Notes: generated from the sequence alone by a model not told the origin. Shown: positions 31,597 to 43,886, numbered from the whole stretch's first letter. The stretch is DNA of 63,511 bases, filler included, from 8 parts of 8 records of this genome joined end to end with filler, not necessarily neighbours in it, one strand, 5' to 3'. A program made the numbers and translations.

Positions 31597-34500
31597 ATGA
31601 AAAGAATTATTATTTGTCAAGTTCTATTGTGTTTCTTGAGTTTAGGGTTATTTTCTCAGAATAATCAAGATGATGTAAAAACTAATGTAAAATCCGTATT
31701 TCAAAAAAATGAAAATGGATTTTGGCATTTCCTTAATGAAGAGAGGCAAAAACCTTTTTATGGGATTGTCTATCAACCTACTAAGGAAAACAAACATATA
31801 AATGATTATCGCCCAAAACTAAGCAGCCTATATTCCGCACTATTACCGATTGAGAAGGGTGGAAAGGATCATGCAAAAAAACTACATGAACTTGGGATTA
31901 ATGTTATTCGTGTATATGAATTGCCTATAGTTAACAAGACTGAAATCGATAGCATAAAAACTATTTTCAAATATTGTTTTGAAAAATACCATATACGCGT
32001 TTTAATTGGAGATTGGGCCGGACTATATTCAAATATTAACTATGACAGAATAGCTATAGGGCAAATTTTGCAAGAGAAACCAAACATGTATTTTATAAGT
32101 CCGTTTTTGAAGACGAAATTAATCTGGAATATGAAAAGATACAAAGACAGATTGAAAAGTTAGTGAAATCATACTGTAGAGAGAATTGGATATTTGGGTG
32201 GCAGATAGGCAATGAAAACAATTATTATGTTAGTGACGGAATGCTGGGTGAGAATATTGGTTTAAGTATGGGACGATACTATAAGTTTATGGATTATTTT
32301 GCAGGGGAATTACGAAATGCATTGACGAAGGAAGGAGTGCAGCAGTTTGTAGCCTTAGGGCAAGGTGATATTTCTTTAGATGAAGCCCGATGGATAAAAA
32401 CAATGAACAATATCGATGCCGTTGGAATAAATTGCTATCGAAATCCTGCAGATTCAATTGGTATGAAAATACTAAGTTTGTTATTGAATTATTTAGACAA
32501 GCCTATTTATTTTGCTGAATTTGGAAAGTCCTCAAAAGATAGTATCGTACAGGAATCTATACAATCCGAATATATAATCCAAATGGCTCAGTGGTTATAT
32601 TCCCAAACCCCTGGAAAATTTGGAGATGGGTATATTCTGGGCGGATTTATACATGAAGCTACGGATGAAAACTGGAAGATTAGGGAACATGGTAATACTT
32701 CTGATGGTTATTATGGTATTTTTGAAAAAGAAGCTGAACGAGAATTGAAAAAATGGATCGATAGACAAAGTGATTTTAATAAAACTATACCAATTAATAA
32801 TTCTCCTGAACATCTACTCTCAACCTGTTGGGAGTTATTGCAGGGGGAGTTTGCCCAAAAGCATGGTGCTGATTATGGGAATAGTATTGCCTTTGCCAAT
32901 CTTCTAATAAATAAATATCGGGCAAAAGCTGATAGCCAACAAATTAGCCTGCAATCTGGCAGTCTCCCAATAAAAGTTGGTGCAAATGATAGTTTATGGG
33001 CGCTAAATAGTGTTGGAACTGCATTCTTTATTAAAGGTAAAAGTAATTATGAATTGGCAAGTAATATCTTCGGTACAGGAGATCGAGATTTGTCAAAAGT
33101 TTTTTATAATGAAGCACAAAAGGATTTTAATTATGTAATTAATAATTATCCATATGCGCACCTAAGAAGTGCTAATGGAAAGCACTTTAGTATAGAGAAA
33201 ACCATCAGAAAGCTGTTCCCTGAATTCTCAGAACCTTATATCAAGAATAGTTACAAGAACCTACTATGGTTTGTTTTGCTTCCATTTTTACTTATCTCAC
33301 ATTTTGGTCGTTTTTTATACTTACAAGCAGGAAAGCTCATTGGTTTATTATCAGGTCGAAAAAAACAAAAAAGCAAAATAGTCGACAAAAATGTTTTGTC
33401 TATTTGGCATAAATTTATTTTCTCACTTTTGCTAATTGCACAATTATATTTTCTATTTATGTTTATCCAATTTTGGTATCATCCAGTCCGGTATGAATAT
33501 TATTTTGTAAGTCCTTTGTTATATTGGACGCTCACGATTATAGGTGCTTCAATAATTATATTTTACCTGTATATATGGTATATTATTTGGGGCATGAAAG
33601 TGCCCCAAAAAATGGTTGCTAAAAATGGAAACAAGGTGGCCATGGCCACCACATTTGTTGCAGGAGAGTCAATAGATATGCTCGAATATACACTAAAAAA
33701 AATAACCCAGGTTACTTATCCACATGATACTTTTTTATTGGATGAATCAAACGACACAAAGATAAAAAAAATATGCAACAAGCTGGACATCAATCATTTT
33801 AGCAGAAACGGGATCGAAAATTTTAATACTTCCGATGGAAAGTATAGAAAAAAAACAAAGGCAGGTAATTTAAATTCATGGCTTGAAACACATGGGGATA
33901 ATTACGAGTTTGTAGTTTTTCTTGATCCTGATCATGCTCCACTACCTCACTTTTTACATTCTACACTTGGGTATTTTCAGGAAAACACAGTAGGATTTGT
34001 TCAAGCTCCTCAAATATTTAGAAATACTTATGACAATTATATAACTAAGGGAGCCGCTGAACAAAGTTTCTTCTTTTTCGGTCCAATACAAATGGGACTG
34101 TATGGTTTAGGTTCTTGCATGCTTAATGGAAGTCATACAACACTAAGGATAGAAGCAATCAAGAAGGTTGGTGAATATGCAGTTCATGATGCAGATGATG
34201 TTTTGATGAGTATCAAACTCAGAACAAAAGGCTACAGAGGAATCTATATTCCCAATATTGTTGCTCTTGGATTAGTCCCTGACACCTGGAAAGCATTTTT
34301 ACACCAACAAAAGAGGTGGGCTGCTTCTGTTTTTAACTTGATGACCTATCATTACCCTATCCAATTTTTAAAACATGGTTGGAATCAGGTTATAACATAT
34401 TATTTCATGGGTTTATTCTACTTAACAGGGATGCTATTTTCGTTATTGTTGATACTCCCAATAATTTCAATTTTCACCAATTGCGCAATTGTCAATGTTG

Positions 34501-34960
34501 TTTTATTTGATTTTCTTAAGCAGTTCTTACCCTATTTTACTATACATTATCTAATCTTATTATTAGGTCAATTTTTTCTAATTAATAAAGGAAGTCATAG
34601 GGGAATTTGGTTTAGAGGAGGTTTATTATGGATCGGTTCTTGGGCACATTTCTCAATGGCTCTTTTTTCTGGAATTTTCAAGAAAAGGGTTGGCGACAGG
34701 GAGATTACAGAAAAGGGGGAAGTGAAAAGCAAAAAAGTAATTCTAAACGGAATGATAATAGTTATCATGAGTTTCTACCACACTTAATCATTGTACTTTT
34801 ATCAATAATAGCAATGATTTATTCTCAATTAAATCCGGAAATGGTTGAACAAACAAGAGGAATGCAGTTATTCCTTATTATAAATATTCTTTTACAAGGA
34901 TTTATTTTTTTCTTAGCCACAAAGAAAACAAAAGTTAAATATAGTTCTAAAAAAAGTTAA
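31597..34960 (+). CDS. Fusion of an exported clan GH-A glycoside hydrolase and a processive GT2 (cellulose-synthase-like) membrane synthase; frameshifts near 32155 and 34715
   Basis: Signal peptide; GINVIRVY, WQIGNENNY, GINCYR, PIYFAEFG; TM segments; LLDE, KAGNLN, FLDPDH, VQAPQ, QQKRW; C-terminal TMs. Confidence 0.75.
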
Positions 34961-35045
34961 GGTATGTTTCTATCTCCAATCACCCCAACCTAATATTTTG
35001 GTTACCAGGGGAAATGTACACAGTAATAATCAAGTTTTAAAAAAA

Positions 35046-35145
35046 NNNNNNNNNNNNNNNNNNNNNNNNNNNNNNNNNNNNNNNNNNNNTTAATTAATTA
35101 ANNNNNNNNNNNNNNNNNNNNNNNNNNNNNNNNNNNNNNNNNNNN
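35046..35145. other. Artificial contig spacer
   Basis: N44-TTAATTAATTAA-N44. Confidence 0.98.
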
Positions 35146-35814
35146 TGGTTTAACGAGGCTGTTACCCTTTTGAATGAAAATCCAACCATTGATGTAGGCA
35201 TTCATTTAACGCTTACCAGCGAATGGGTAAATTATAAATGGAAACCAATTACTTCATGTAATTCAATTACCGACGAACAAGGGAATTTTTATCCCTGGGT
35301 TTGGCCGGTCAAAAAATATCCGGGACAATCGATAAAAGAGGCATCGGGGGATATAGATGAGATAGAAAAAGAATTGCGTGCTCAAATTGAACTGGCATTG
35401 AAGAAAATCCCACAAATAAGTCACATGACCGATCACATGGGATGCCTTGGGCTTTCTGATGAACTGAAGCAACTGGGTGAAAAGCTTTCTGTCGAATATG
35501 GCTTACCACTTTATTTTGATGATTATGAGTTGCAAAGGGCACCCCGTTGGAGTGGCAATAAGTTACTGGGGCAGAGGGAAGAAAAGCTTTGTGAAATGCT
35601 GGAAGAATTATTGCCGGGAACGTGGCTAACAGTGGAGCATCCGGCCTATGGTTACCCCGAGATGCAAACAATTGATGGAAAGGGAATTGTTGCCAAAAAT
35701 CGTCAGGAAGTGGTGGACGTATTTACAAGCAAAAAAGTAGAGAATAAAGCAAAGAATAACAATGTAAAGCTCATTTCTTATAAAGAATTGATTTCAATGT
35801 TTTCTGATAAATAG
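35146..35814 (+). CDS. YdjC/ChbG family carbohydrate deacetylase (5' truncated)
   Basis: DVGIHLTLTSEW, ELRAQIE, SHMTDHMG, EHPA. Confidence 0.85.
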   Translation, partial: WFNEAVTLLNENPTIDVGIHLTLTSEWVNYKWKPITSCNSITDEQGNFYPWVWPVKKYPGQSIKEASGDIDEIEKELRAQIELALKKIPQISHMTDHMGCLGLSDELKQLGEKLSVEYGLPLYFDDYELQRAPRWSGNKLLGQREEKLCEMLEELLPGTWLTVEHPAYGYPEMQTIDGKGIVAKNRQEVVDVFTSKKVENKAKNNNVKLISYKELISMFSDK

Positions 35815-35833
35815 AAAATCAAAATCGAAAAGA

Positions 35834-38101
35834 ATGAAGTTAAAAATTATATGGACATTGAATAAGACTCAGAAAGGAAGTACAGTTATTTCTTTTATTC
35901 TAAAAAAAGTGGCTTACCTGAGTTTTGTTGTTGGCATACTTTTGTTTCCAATTTGTAGCTCCTCACAATCGGCAGCATATTCAACATGGTTTGCATTTAA
36001 TCCTGATGAAGATTATTCCGAAAGTGTAATAAGCACATCTTCATGGCTTGATGCTCCGGCAGGTAAACATGGTTTTCTTCAAATGAATGGCGACGAGTTG
36101 GTTTTTGAAGATGGAACACCGCTAAAGTTTTGGGGAGTTAATATTAGCAGTCAGCGTGCATTTGCAGATAGAAGCGATGTGGATTTATGGATTAAGAACC
36201 TATCGAAGTATGGAGTAAATGGTGTTCGTTTTCACAAATTTACAAAATATGGTTACAAAGAGGGAGCTTCAACTAAGCTTGATGAAGATAAGTATAAGAA
36301 GCATGACTATTTTTTATCCGAACTTAAACAGGCAGGAATCTATTACGGGTGGTCTCATATTTATGGTCATAAAGTAAAACCAGAGGATAGTGACAAGCTT
36401 CTGAATTACGATGAAATTGCTAATCTGACTTATCCATGGAGCCATCTAAATGGTACTACTTCCAGTTTGGTAAATTTTGCCCCCGATTTACAGGATTTAA
36501 GTATTGACTTAACCATAAATATGCTTAATCGTGTGAATACAGTAACAGGAAAACCAAATGCTCAAGACCCGGCATTGGCTTTTATTGAATTGCAAAACGA
36601 AGATAATATTTTCTGGGGGCCAATTGAAAAATCATTAAAACAGGCGCCAAGCTATCGAAAATTATTATGTAAGCAGTTTTCTAATTGGCTAAAGAATAAA
36701 TATAACAATCAGAAAGAGCTGCAAAAGGCATGGGGAAAAAATAATATTCCTGAAGGAGAAAGCCTTGAACAAGGCAATATATATCCTGCTCCGAATCACC
36801 ATAAGTTTTCAGTAGAGTACGAAAGGTCGATAAGTGAGGACAGACCAATGCAACAACATTTTGTGGATAAAATGGAGTTTCTGTACGAAAAGCAGATGGA
36901 GTTTTACGAACGCTTTGTTGTTGCTATTCGGGAGACTGGTTATAAGGGAATAATTGTAGGCTCATGTTGGCAAGCTGGTCATGGCCCATCACACTTTTAT
37001 AATTTGCTTGCAGATTACAACACCGGAATTATCGACCGTCATAACTATTGGGGAGGAGGAACCGGACACCGTATGGAACGCGGAACCATTAAAACACAGG
37101 CAATGGTTTCGGAACCAGGTATTGGTTTACTTAGTACAGGGATGCAACAGGTAGCTGACAGACCATTTTCAATTTCGGAATGGATAAGCAAGATACCTAA
37201 CGAATGGGTAGCTGAAGGCGTACCTATTGTGGCAATGTATGGAATGGGATTGCAGGGTTGGGATGCCTCATTTCAGTTTGGAAGCGATTTGCCGTATTTC
37301 TCGGAAACAATACATACTCCGGGCGTTTATAATATCTCTTCTCCCACGCAAATGACGCTTTATCCAGCCATTTCAAGAATGATTTATCGCAATGATATTG
37401 AAGAAGGGAAATTGGTCTCAATACGAAATATTGCTTTGGATGATTTGAAAGAAGGAGAATTGGGATTTAAAGAATACATTAAACAGGGATATGATGATAA
37501 GAATATAAGCGGAGATGTTCCGGCTGCATCATTGGCGGTTGGAAAAGCCGTTGTAAACTTTTCGGATGTACCAATGAAAACTACTTTGCCAAACCTGGAT
37601 AAATTTTGGAACAAAGAAGAAAAACGGATTAAATCGAATACCGGACAGCTCTTCTGGGATTATTCAGATAAAGGTTTTTTTACGCTCAATACCGATTTTA
37701 CTAAAGCAGCTGTTGGATTTGTGGGAGGGGAAGAACTTCTATTTAAGAATCTGGGAATGAAGATTAAAACACCTTTTGCCATAGTGATAGTTACCCCGCT
37801 TGAAAAAGACAAAAACTTTAAATCATCGAAACATTTATTGCTCACAACAGTGGCAAGGGCAATGAATACCAATATGAAACTTAATAGTGAACGAAATGAA
37901 GTATTAGATACTGGAGAAGCACCTATATTATTAGAACCAGTAAAACTGCATCTTTCATTAAAACGTAGTGGGAATCCTACTGTACATGTACTGGATCATG
38001 TTGGAAGAAGGACAGGGAAAACGATTCCAGTGACCGATAAAAAGGTCATAATAGATGGGCGAAGTACTCAGGCTATCTACTATGAAATTGAATATCAATA
38101 A
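35834..38101 (+). CDS. Exported clan GH-A (GH5-like) glycoside hydrolase
   Basis: APAGKHGF, KFWGVN, GVNGVRFH, ELQNED (acid/base), HNYW, ISEW (nucleophile). Confidence 0.65.
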   Translation: MKLKIIWTLNKTQKGSTVISFILKKVAYLSFVVGILLFPICSSSQSAAYSTWFAFNPDEDYSESVISTSSWLDAPAGKHGFLQMNGDELVFEDGTPLKFWGVNISSQRAFADRSDVDLWIKNLSKYGVNGVRFHKFTKYGYKEGASTKLDEDKYKKHDYFLSELKQAGIYYGWSHIYGHKVKPEDSDKLLNYDEIANLTYPWSHLNGTTSSLVNFAPDLQDLSIDLTINMLNRVNTVTGKPNAQDPALAFIELQNEDNIFWGPIEKSLKQAPSYRKLLCKQFSNWLKNKYNNQKELQKAWGKNNIPEGESLEQGNIYPAPNHHKFSVEYERSISEDRPMQQHFVDKMEFLYEKQMEFYERFVVAIRETGYKGIIVGSCWQAGHGPSHFYNLLADYNTGIIDRHNYWGGGTGHRMERGTIKTQAMVSEPGIGLLSTGMQQVADRPFSISEWISKIPNEWVAEGVPIVAMYGMGLQGWDASFQFGSDLPYFSETIHTPGVYNISSPTQMTLYPAISRMIYRNDIEEGKLVSIRNIALDDLKEGELGFKEYIKQGYDDKNISGDVPAASLAVGKAVVNFSDVPMKTTLPNLDKFWNKEEKRIKSNTGQLFWDYSDKGFFTLNTDFTKAAVGFVGGEELLFKNLGMKIKTPFAIVIVTPLEKDKNFKSSKHLLLTTVARAMNTNMKLNSERNEVLDTGEAPILLEPVKLHLSLKRSGNPTVHVLDHVGRRTGKTIPVTDKKVIIDGRSTQAIYYEIEYQ

Positions 38102-38302
38102 GATTAAATATAGAAAAGAGAATACCATCGGTTTAATTCTAACAACATTGTGTTGGGGTTTACTTTTAACTCGTTACGATGCTCAAGGGCGCAAATTTCT
38201 GGACCTACAATAAAACTTCACGATTAACTGTTGTGCCAGACCATGTGTGCAAATAAAATATGAAGTAAAAGATAAGATTTTAATCAACCTAAAAACAATA
38301 TT

Positions 38303-39097
38303 ATGAAACGCTTTAATTTTCTGGTTACAACACTTGCTATTTTTATTTTTTCATTTGGAATTGTAACAGCGAGTAATACAAGTAATGAAAAAACAGTAAA
38401 AATATTAACCATTGGAAATAGCTTTGCAGATAACGCGTGTACATATCTAACGCAAATTGCAGAATCAGTTGATGGGTGCAATATTATTATTGAAAAAGCC
38501 AATATTGGAGGATGTTTTTTAGAAAAGCATGCCAATTTGATAAAAAAATGTGAGCAGGATCCTTTATTCAAACCGTATATGGAAAAGTATTCTCTCAAAG
38601 ATTTATTGTTGAAAGACAACTGGGATGTTGTTACTATTCAGCAAGTTAGTAATCTTAGTTTTATTGCAGAAACCTATCATCCTTATGCTGATGAAATTGT
38701 TGCCTCTATAAAAAAGCATGCACCTCAAGCTCAAATATATATTCATGAAACCTGGGCTTATGCCCCCGATTGTCAGCGTTTGGAAGCATTGGGAGTTTCA
38801 AGGGGCAAAATGCATAAAAGATTGAAAAAGAATTATAAAGACTTAGCAAAGGATTTTAATGCCCCAATTTTACCTTCCGGAAATGCATTTTATACTGCCT
38901 ATAAACGAGATTCTAAAATCGACTTATGGAACTCAAAGGATCGGTTTCATGCTAATTCAAATGGTTGTTTTTTAGCCGGATGTGTTTGGTTCGGTAAACT
39001 ATTTGATGTTTCGCCCAAAGAAGTACAATTTATACCTAAAGAGATGGATGCTTCAACAGCTGAATTTTTAAAAAAGATTGCTGATAAAACGAATTAG
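38303..39097 (+). CDS. DUF4886 / SGNH-like esterase
   Basis: Signal peptide; KILTIGNSF, WDVVTIQQVS, HETWAY, DRFHA. Confidence 0.75.
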   Translation: MKRFNFLVTTLAIFIFSFGIVTASNTSNEKTVKILTIGNSFADNACTYLTQIAESVDGCNIIIEKANIGGCFLEKHANLIKKCEQDPLFKPYMEKYSLKDLLLKDNWDVVTIQQVSNLSFIAETYHPYADEIVASIKKHAPQAQIYIHETWAYAPDCQRLEALGVSRGKMHKRLKKNYKDLAKDFNAPILPSGNAFYTAYKRDSKIDLWNSKDRFHANSNGCFLAGCVWFGKLFDVSPKEVQFIPKEMDASTAEFLKKIADKTN

Positions 39098-39186
39098 AAA
39101 GTAAGTGGAACTGCCACAAGAAATTCAGGCAAGTTCTGGAATGTAATATAAATAATTAGAAAGCTAGTAATTATATTTTTTTGACG

Positions 39187-40416
39187 ATGAAAAAAGATTT
39201 TGATTTTATTTGGAAAGCCGTAATGCTTATTGCCATGGCGGGTACATTGATGGTTGTTGGTTGTTCTGTTGCGGACAAAGAAGTGCCCATCGAGCAAATA
39301 ATCGATGAAGCTATTGAAGTTTCAATTCAGCATAGTTTATTGATGGCTCAAAAATATGAAGCCCAGGATTCAGTTTTGCCTCGTTCATTTATCGATGGGC
39401 AAATGACAATTTCAGATTCGCGCTGGTGGTGCAGTGGGTTTTTTCCTGGTGTTTTATGGTACTTGTACGAAGATAGCAAGGACGAGGAATTGCTAAAATA
39501 TGCCCGGCAGTACACTTCTCGTGTGGAGAGGGAGAAATATACCACAAACAACCACGATGTTGGTTTTATGCTTTACTGTAGTTTCGGGAATGGGCTTCGT
39601 TTGACCGGCGAGCCGGCATACAAAGAGGTTTTGCTTACAGGGGCAAAATCGCTTGCAACGCGCTACAACAAAAAGTTGGGTTTGATCAAATCATGGGACT
39701 TTAATCAAAAAATATGGCAATACCCGGTTATTATCGACAATATGATGAACCTTGAGCTGTTGTTATGGGCGTCTACCATATCCGGCGACGAAAGCTTTAA
39801 AAACATGTCAGTTTCACATGCCGATAAAACAATGGAACACCACTACAGACCGGACTTGAGTTGTTTTCATGTCGTTTCATATGATACCTTAAGTGCAATG
39901 CCTCATATAAAACAAACATTCCAGGGATTTAGTGATGAATCGGCTTGGAGTAGGGGGCAGGCCTGGGGGCTTTATGGCTACACCGTAATGTTCCGTGAAA
40001 CCCGTGATGTACGTTACCTAGAGCAAGCCAATAAAGTTGCAGACTTTATGATCAACCACCCCAATATGCCCGAAGATTTAATCCCTTACTGGGATTTTAA
40101 TGCACCAAATATCCCGGATGAACCCAGAGATGCCTCAACGGGTGCCTTAATGGCTTCTGCTTTAATTGAGTTGAGTGGCTTCGTTAATGAAGAACTTTCG
40201 CGAAAATACCTGAATGTTGCCCAGAGGCAAATCCGATCCTTGGCATCCCCATCGTATACGGCTAATCCGGGAGAAAATGGAAACTTTATTTTAAAGCACA
40301 GTGTTGGTTCAAAACCCCACGAATCGGAAGTAGATGTGCCGCTAACATATGCCGACTATTATTATGTAGAAGCACTAGTGAGGTTAAAGAAAATGTGCAA
40401 AGAAGATGCTTTTTGA
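39187..40416 (+). CDS. GH88 unsaturated glucuronyl hydrolase (lipoprotein)
   Basis: WCSGFFPG, NHDVGF, VIIDNMMNL, WSRGQAW, PYWDF, RDAS, YADYYY. Confidence 0.93.
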   Translation: MKKDFDFIWKAVMLIAMAGTLMVVGCSVADKEVPIEQIIDEAIEVSIQHSLLMAQKYEAQDSVLPRSFIDGQMTISDSRWWCSGFFPGVLWYLYEDSKDEELLKYARQYTSRVEREKYTTNNHDVGFMLYCSFGNGLRLTGEPAYKEVLLTGAKSLATRYNKKLGLIKSWDFNQKIWQYPVIIDNMMNLELLLWASTISGDESFKNMSVSHADKTMEHHYRPDLSCFHVVSYDTLSAMPHIKQTFQGFSDESAWSRGQAWGLYGYTVMFRETRDVRYLEQANKVADFMINHPNMPEDLIPYWDFNAPNIPDEPRDASTGALMASALIELSGFVNEELSRKYLNVAQRQIRSLASPSYTANPGENGNFILKHSVGSKPHESEVDVPLTYADYYYVEALVRLKKMCKEDAF

Positions 40417-40492
40417 GCAGTACGATTTTAAGGGTAAATGAGATTATTCGAAATATTAAATTATAAGTTAACAGACTATTAGTCAATTAATA

Positions 40493-41404
40493 ATGAATAA
40501 TATGAAAATGAAAAGCAGAAGAGATTTTATTAAGATAAGCTCTGCAGGCGTTGCAGGGACAATGGCGATGGGTTCATTAGTTTCCTGCTTATCACCTAAA
40601 AACGATGCAGATGTTGGCTTGCAATTATATACCATCCGTGATGCTATGGCTGCGGATTCTATAGGATCGCTAAAAAAAGTGGCAGATATGGGCTACAAGT
40701 TTGTGGAATTAGCCGGTTATTCAAACGGCAAGTTTTATGGGATGAAACCAACTGAGTTCAAAAAGCTTGTTGAAGGACTTGGGATGCAAATTATTAGTAG
40801 CCATACCATGGTTGAGGCCAGAGGGATTACCATGGATAATGCCCGAAAAATGGCAGATGACCATGCATTAGTTGGGGCTAAGTATTGTGTACAACCATGG
40901 GTGAACGACGAAGACCGCAGTGTTGAGAAATACAAAAAGATGATTGGCGACTGGAATAAGGTTGGGGAGATCATGAAAGATGTTGGCATTCAGTTTGCCT
41001 ATCACAATCATAATTTTGAGTTCTTGCCTACCGACGGAATAGTCCCATACTTTGATATTTTCTTAAAAGAAATGGATGCAGAATTGATAACCATGGAACT
41101 GGATATGTATTGGGCAACCAAGGCCGGGCACGACCCGGTCGAGATGTTTAAAAAATATCCGGGACGTTTTCAGTTGTTCCACTTTAAGGATGCTTTAGAA
41201 AAAACAGAGCCTTATTTCACTGTAGGAAAAGGTGACATTACCTCGGTAGGTTCTGGCTATATTGACTTTACGCGCATTTACGAAACACGTGAAACTGCTG
41301 GCATGAAATACCTTTTTGTTGAAGATGACAATCAAGGTAATGGGAAACCGTTTGAAGGGATTAAAACTAGTATTGATAACATAAGAAATAAAGTCCTTCT
41401 GTAA
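40493..41404 (+). CDS. Sugar phosphate isomerase/epimerase (xylose isomerase-like TIM barrel) with a Tat signal
   Basis: SRRDFIK, VGLQLYTIR, AYHNHNFEF, ELDMYW, HFKD, FVEDD. Confidence 0.9.
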   Translation: MNNMKMKSRRDFIKISSAGVAGTMAMGSLVSCLSPKNDADVGLQLYTIRDAMAADSIGSLKKVADMGYKFVELAGYSNGKFYGMKPTEFKKLVEGLGMQIISSHTMVEARGITMDNARKMADDHALVGAKYCVQPWVNDEDRSVEKYKKMIGDWNKVGEIMKDVGIQFAYHNHNFEFLPTDGIVPYFDIFLKEMDAELITMELDMYWATKAGHDPVEMFKKYPGRFQLFHFKDALEKTEPYFTVGKGDITSVGSGYIDFTRIYETRETAGMKYLFVEDDNQGNGKPFEGIKTSIDNIRNKVLL

Positions 41405-41563
41405 AATAATTTTAGTGTGATACTTAGCTCGTTATTATAAGATCTTTTTTAAATAAGTGTTCGACAGATAGATAAGGTAAAGTATAGAAAGAGAATTACT
41501 TGATAAGTTAGAACTGGAAATTATTTCTATCTACTCTGTTGGGCATTTTTAAATAAAAAATAC

Positions 41564-43099
41564 ATGATGAAACAATTTATTATTAGTACAATTCTGTTTA
41601 TTACATTTTCATGTGGAACAGAAAATTTAAATGCCCAAACCAAACTTCCCTCAATCCTTTCCGATAATATGTGTTTGCAACAATCAGCAGAGGTAAAAAT
41701 CTGGGGTTGGGACAATCCAGGGCAAACGGTAACCGTAAAACCATCGTGGACAAAAGCTGTAAAAACAGAAACAAGCCAAGATGGAAAATGGCTGGTTAAA
41801 ATTAACACGCCCAAAGCTGGAAAAACAGCAAGCATTAAAGTTACAGGCTCTTCTCAAGAAACCATTAACAACATTCTGTTTGGCGAGGTTTGGTTGTGCT
41901 CAGGGCAGTCGAATATGGAGCGCCAATTAGGATTTTATGGTGGACAAAAACCTATCGTTGGTTTTTGGGAAGAGGCCCAGAAGGCAAATTATCCAAAAAT
42001 TCGAATGTTTCAGGTACCCAGAATACCTTCGGAAACTCCTGTTGAAGACATAAAAGGAGAATGGGTGGAATGTACTCATGAGTCAGCATTAAAATTTACC
42101 GCAGTTGGATTTTTTTATGGAAAAGAACTTCACGAAAAATTGAATACTCCAGTAGGTTTAATACAATCTGCATGGGGAGGAACACCTGTTGAACCCTGGA
42201 CTCCCGAAGAAGATTATGACAAAAAAACATTGGAAAAGATTGTAAAGCTTGAAAAGAGTTTTAAAACCGATAGTGCGTATCATGCGCAGGCAATGAGCTA
42301 TTTTAAAGAAGGAATTACAAAAACGAACCCTATTCCCCCTCCAAGTGTAGGCTACCACAGATGGAAACACGTAAAAAAGGCGGCTTTGTATAATGGTATG
42401 ATTTCCCCATTAATCAACTACTGCATTAAAGGAGCAATCTGGTATCAGGGCGAATCGAATGTTAAAAACTGGAAAGAATACAAAACGCTTTTCCCAAATA
42501 TGATTACGAGCTGGCGCAACAAATGGGGTATTGGTGACTTCCCATTCTATTTTGTCCAAATAGCACCTTATGATTACAAAGACAATAAATTTAGCCAACC
42601 ACAAATTGTAGAGGCACAATGCGAAGCATTAAAACTTGAAAATACCGGAGTTGCTGCAACGCAGGACATAGGTGCTATTTATGATATTCACCCACCGGAA
42701 AAAAAAGAAGTAGGTCACCGTTTAAGTTTGGTAGCTTTAAATAAAACCTATGGTAAAACTGATGTGATTTATTCGGGACCGGTTTTAAGTTCATACAATG
42801 CAAAAGATGACAGCATGATTCTGGAGTTTGAAACTCCCGGTTCGGAACTCATTTCAACTGGTAGCTCAATAAATCGCATTTGGTCATTTTATATGGCCGG
42901 TGAGGACAAAATATTCTATCCTGCCCGGGCAAAGCAAGATGGCAATAAAGTAGTGGTACGCTCAACGAAAGTTAAAAAACCGGTAGCTGTTCGTTACAAT
43001 TGGGCAAATAACGCCAATGCAACTCTTTACAATAGGCAGGGACTGCCTGCAGTTCCTTTTCGTACCGATGATTGGGACGATGCCTTTTACGCTGAGTAG
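41564..43099 (+). CDS. Sialate O-acetylesterase (SASA) family protein
   Basis: SDNMCLQQ, GEVWLCSGQSNME, WGGT, IWYQGESN, DIHP, PFRTDDW. Confidence 0.92.
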   Translation: MMKQFIISTILFITFSCGTENLNAQTKLPSILSDNMCLQQSAEVKIWGWDNPGQTVTVKPSWTKAVKTETSQDGKWLVKINTPKAGKTASIKVTGSSQETINNILFGEVWLCSGQSNMERQLGFYGGQKPIVGFWEEAQKANYPKIRMFQVPRIPSETPVEDIKGEWVECTHESALKFTAVGFFYGKELHEKLNTPVGLIQSAWGGTPVEPWTPEEDYDKKTLEKIVKLEKSFKTDSAYHAQAMSYFKEGITKTNPIPPPSVGYHRWKHVKKAALYNGMISPLINYCIKGAIWYQGESNVKNWKEYKTLFPNMITSWRNKWGIGDFPFYFVQIAPYDYKDNKFSQPQIVEAQCEALKLENTGVAATQDIGAIYDIHPPEKKEVGHRLSLVALNKTYGKTDVIYSGPVLSSYNAKDDSMILEFETPGSELISTGSSINRIWSFYMAGEDKIFYPARAKQDGNKVVVRSTKVKKPVAVRYNWANNANATLYNRQGLPAVPFRTDDWDDAFYAE

Positions 43100-43289
43100 G
43101 TGCTTTAGACGCTGATAACAAGATCTTTGCAATAAATTATTAACAATATTCTTTAGATTGGGTTTGCGCTTTCCATTTTTAGTTGTTTTCGGCTTTAAAA
43201 GGAATGCGACAGAACCATAAATACTTGCTTTAATAAAAAAGTCAATGTTCCCTTCTTGATGCTTGTAACTTGAATCAATTTTTTCAAAA

Positions 43290-43786
43290 ATGAAAAATCT
43301 GAATATAAACAAATGGATTGCCATAGTAGGTCTAATCTTGGGCAGTATAATTATTGGGAAAATTGTTGGTGAAGATGAGAGCCAAAGAACAGGAATAAGT
43401 ATTCTTATCTTTATTGGTGGTTTGTGGATAACTGAATTAGTCCCTTTAGCGATAACGGCTTTCTTGGTTCCTATACTTGCTTACTTTACACATATTTTTA
43501 GTGCCAAGGAGGCTCTTTCACATTTTTCTAATCCGATTATCTATGTTTTTGTAGGTGGTTTCGCTCTTGCTGCTGTGTTACGAGAACATGGCATTGATAA
43601 GTGGATGGCAAGCAAAATTCTAGTACTTACAAAGGGCAATATGTGGATGGCAGTTATTTCATTTTTTGCAACAACTAGTTTTTTGTCTATGTGGATGAGC
43701 AATACTGCAACTACTGCAATGTTACTGCCAATAGCTATGTCCTTGGTAAGCAAAAGATATCCACGTGCCAGAATATTCATGATTTT
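43290..43786 (+). CDS. SLC13/DASS family anion transporter (3' truncated)
   Basis: LWITELVPLAITA, GGFALA, LSMWMSNTATTAMLLP. Confidence 0.9.
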
Positions 43787-43886
43787 NNNNNNNNNNNNNN
43801 NNNNNNNNNNNNNNNNNNNNNNNNNNNNNNTTAATTAATTAANNNNNNNNNNNNNNNNNNNNNNNNNNNNNNNNNNNNNNNNNNNN
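43787..43886. other. Artificial contig spacer
   Basis: N44-TTAATTAATTAA-N44. Confidence 0.98.
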
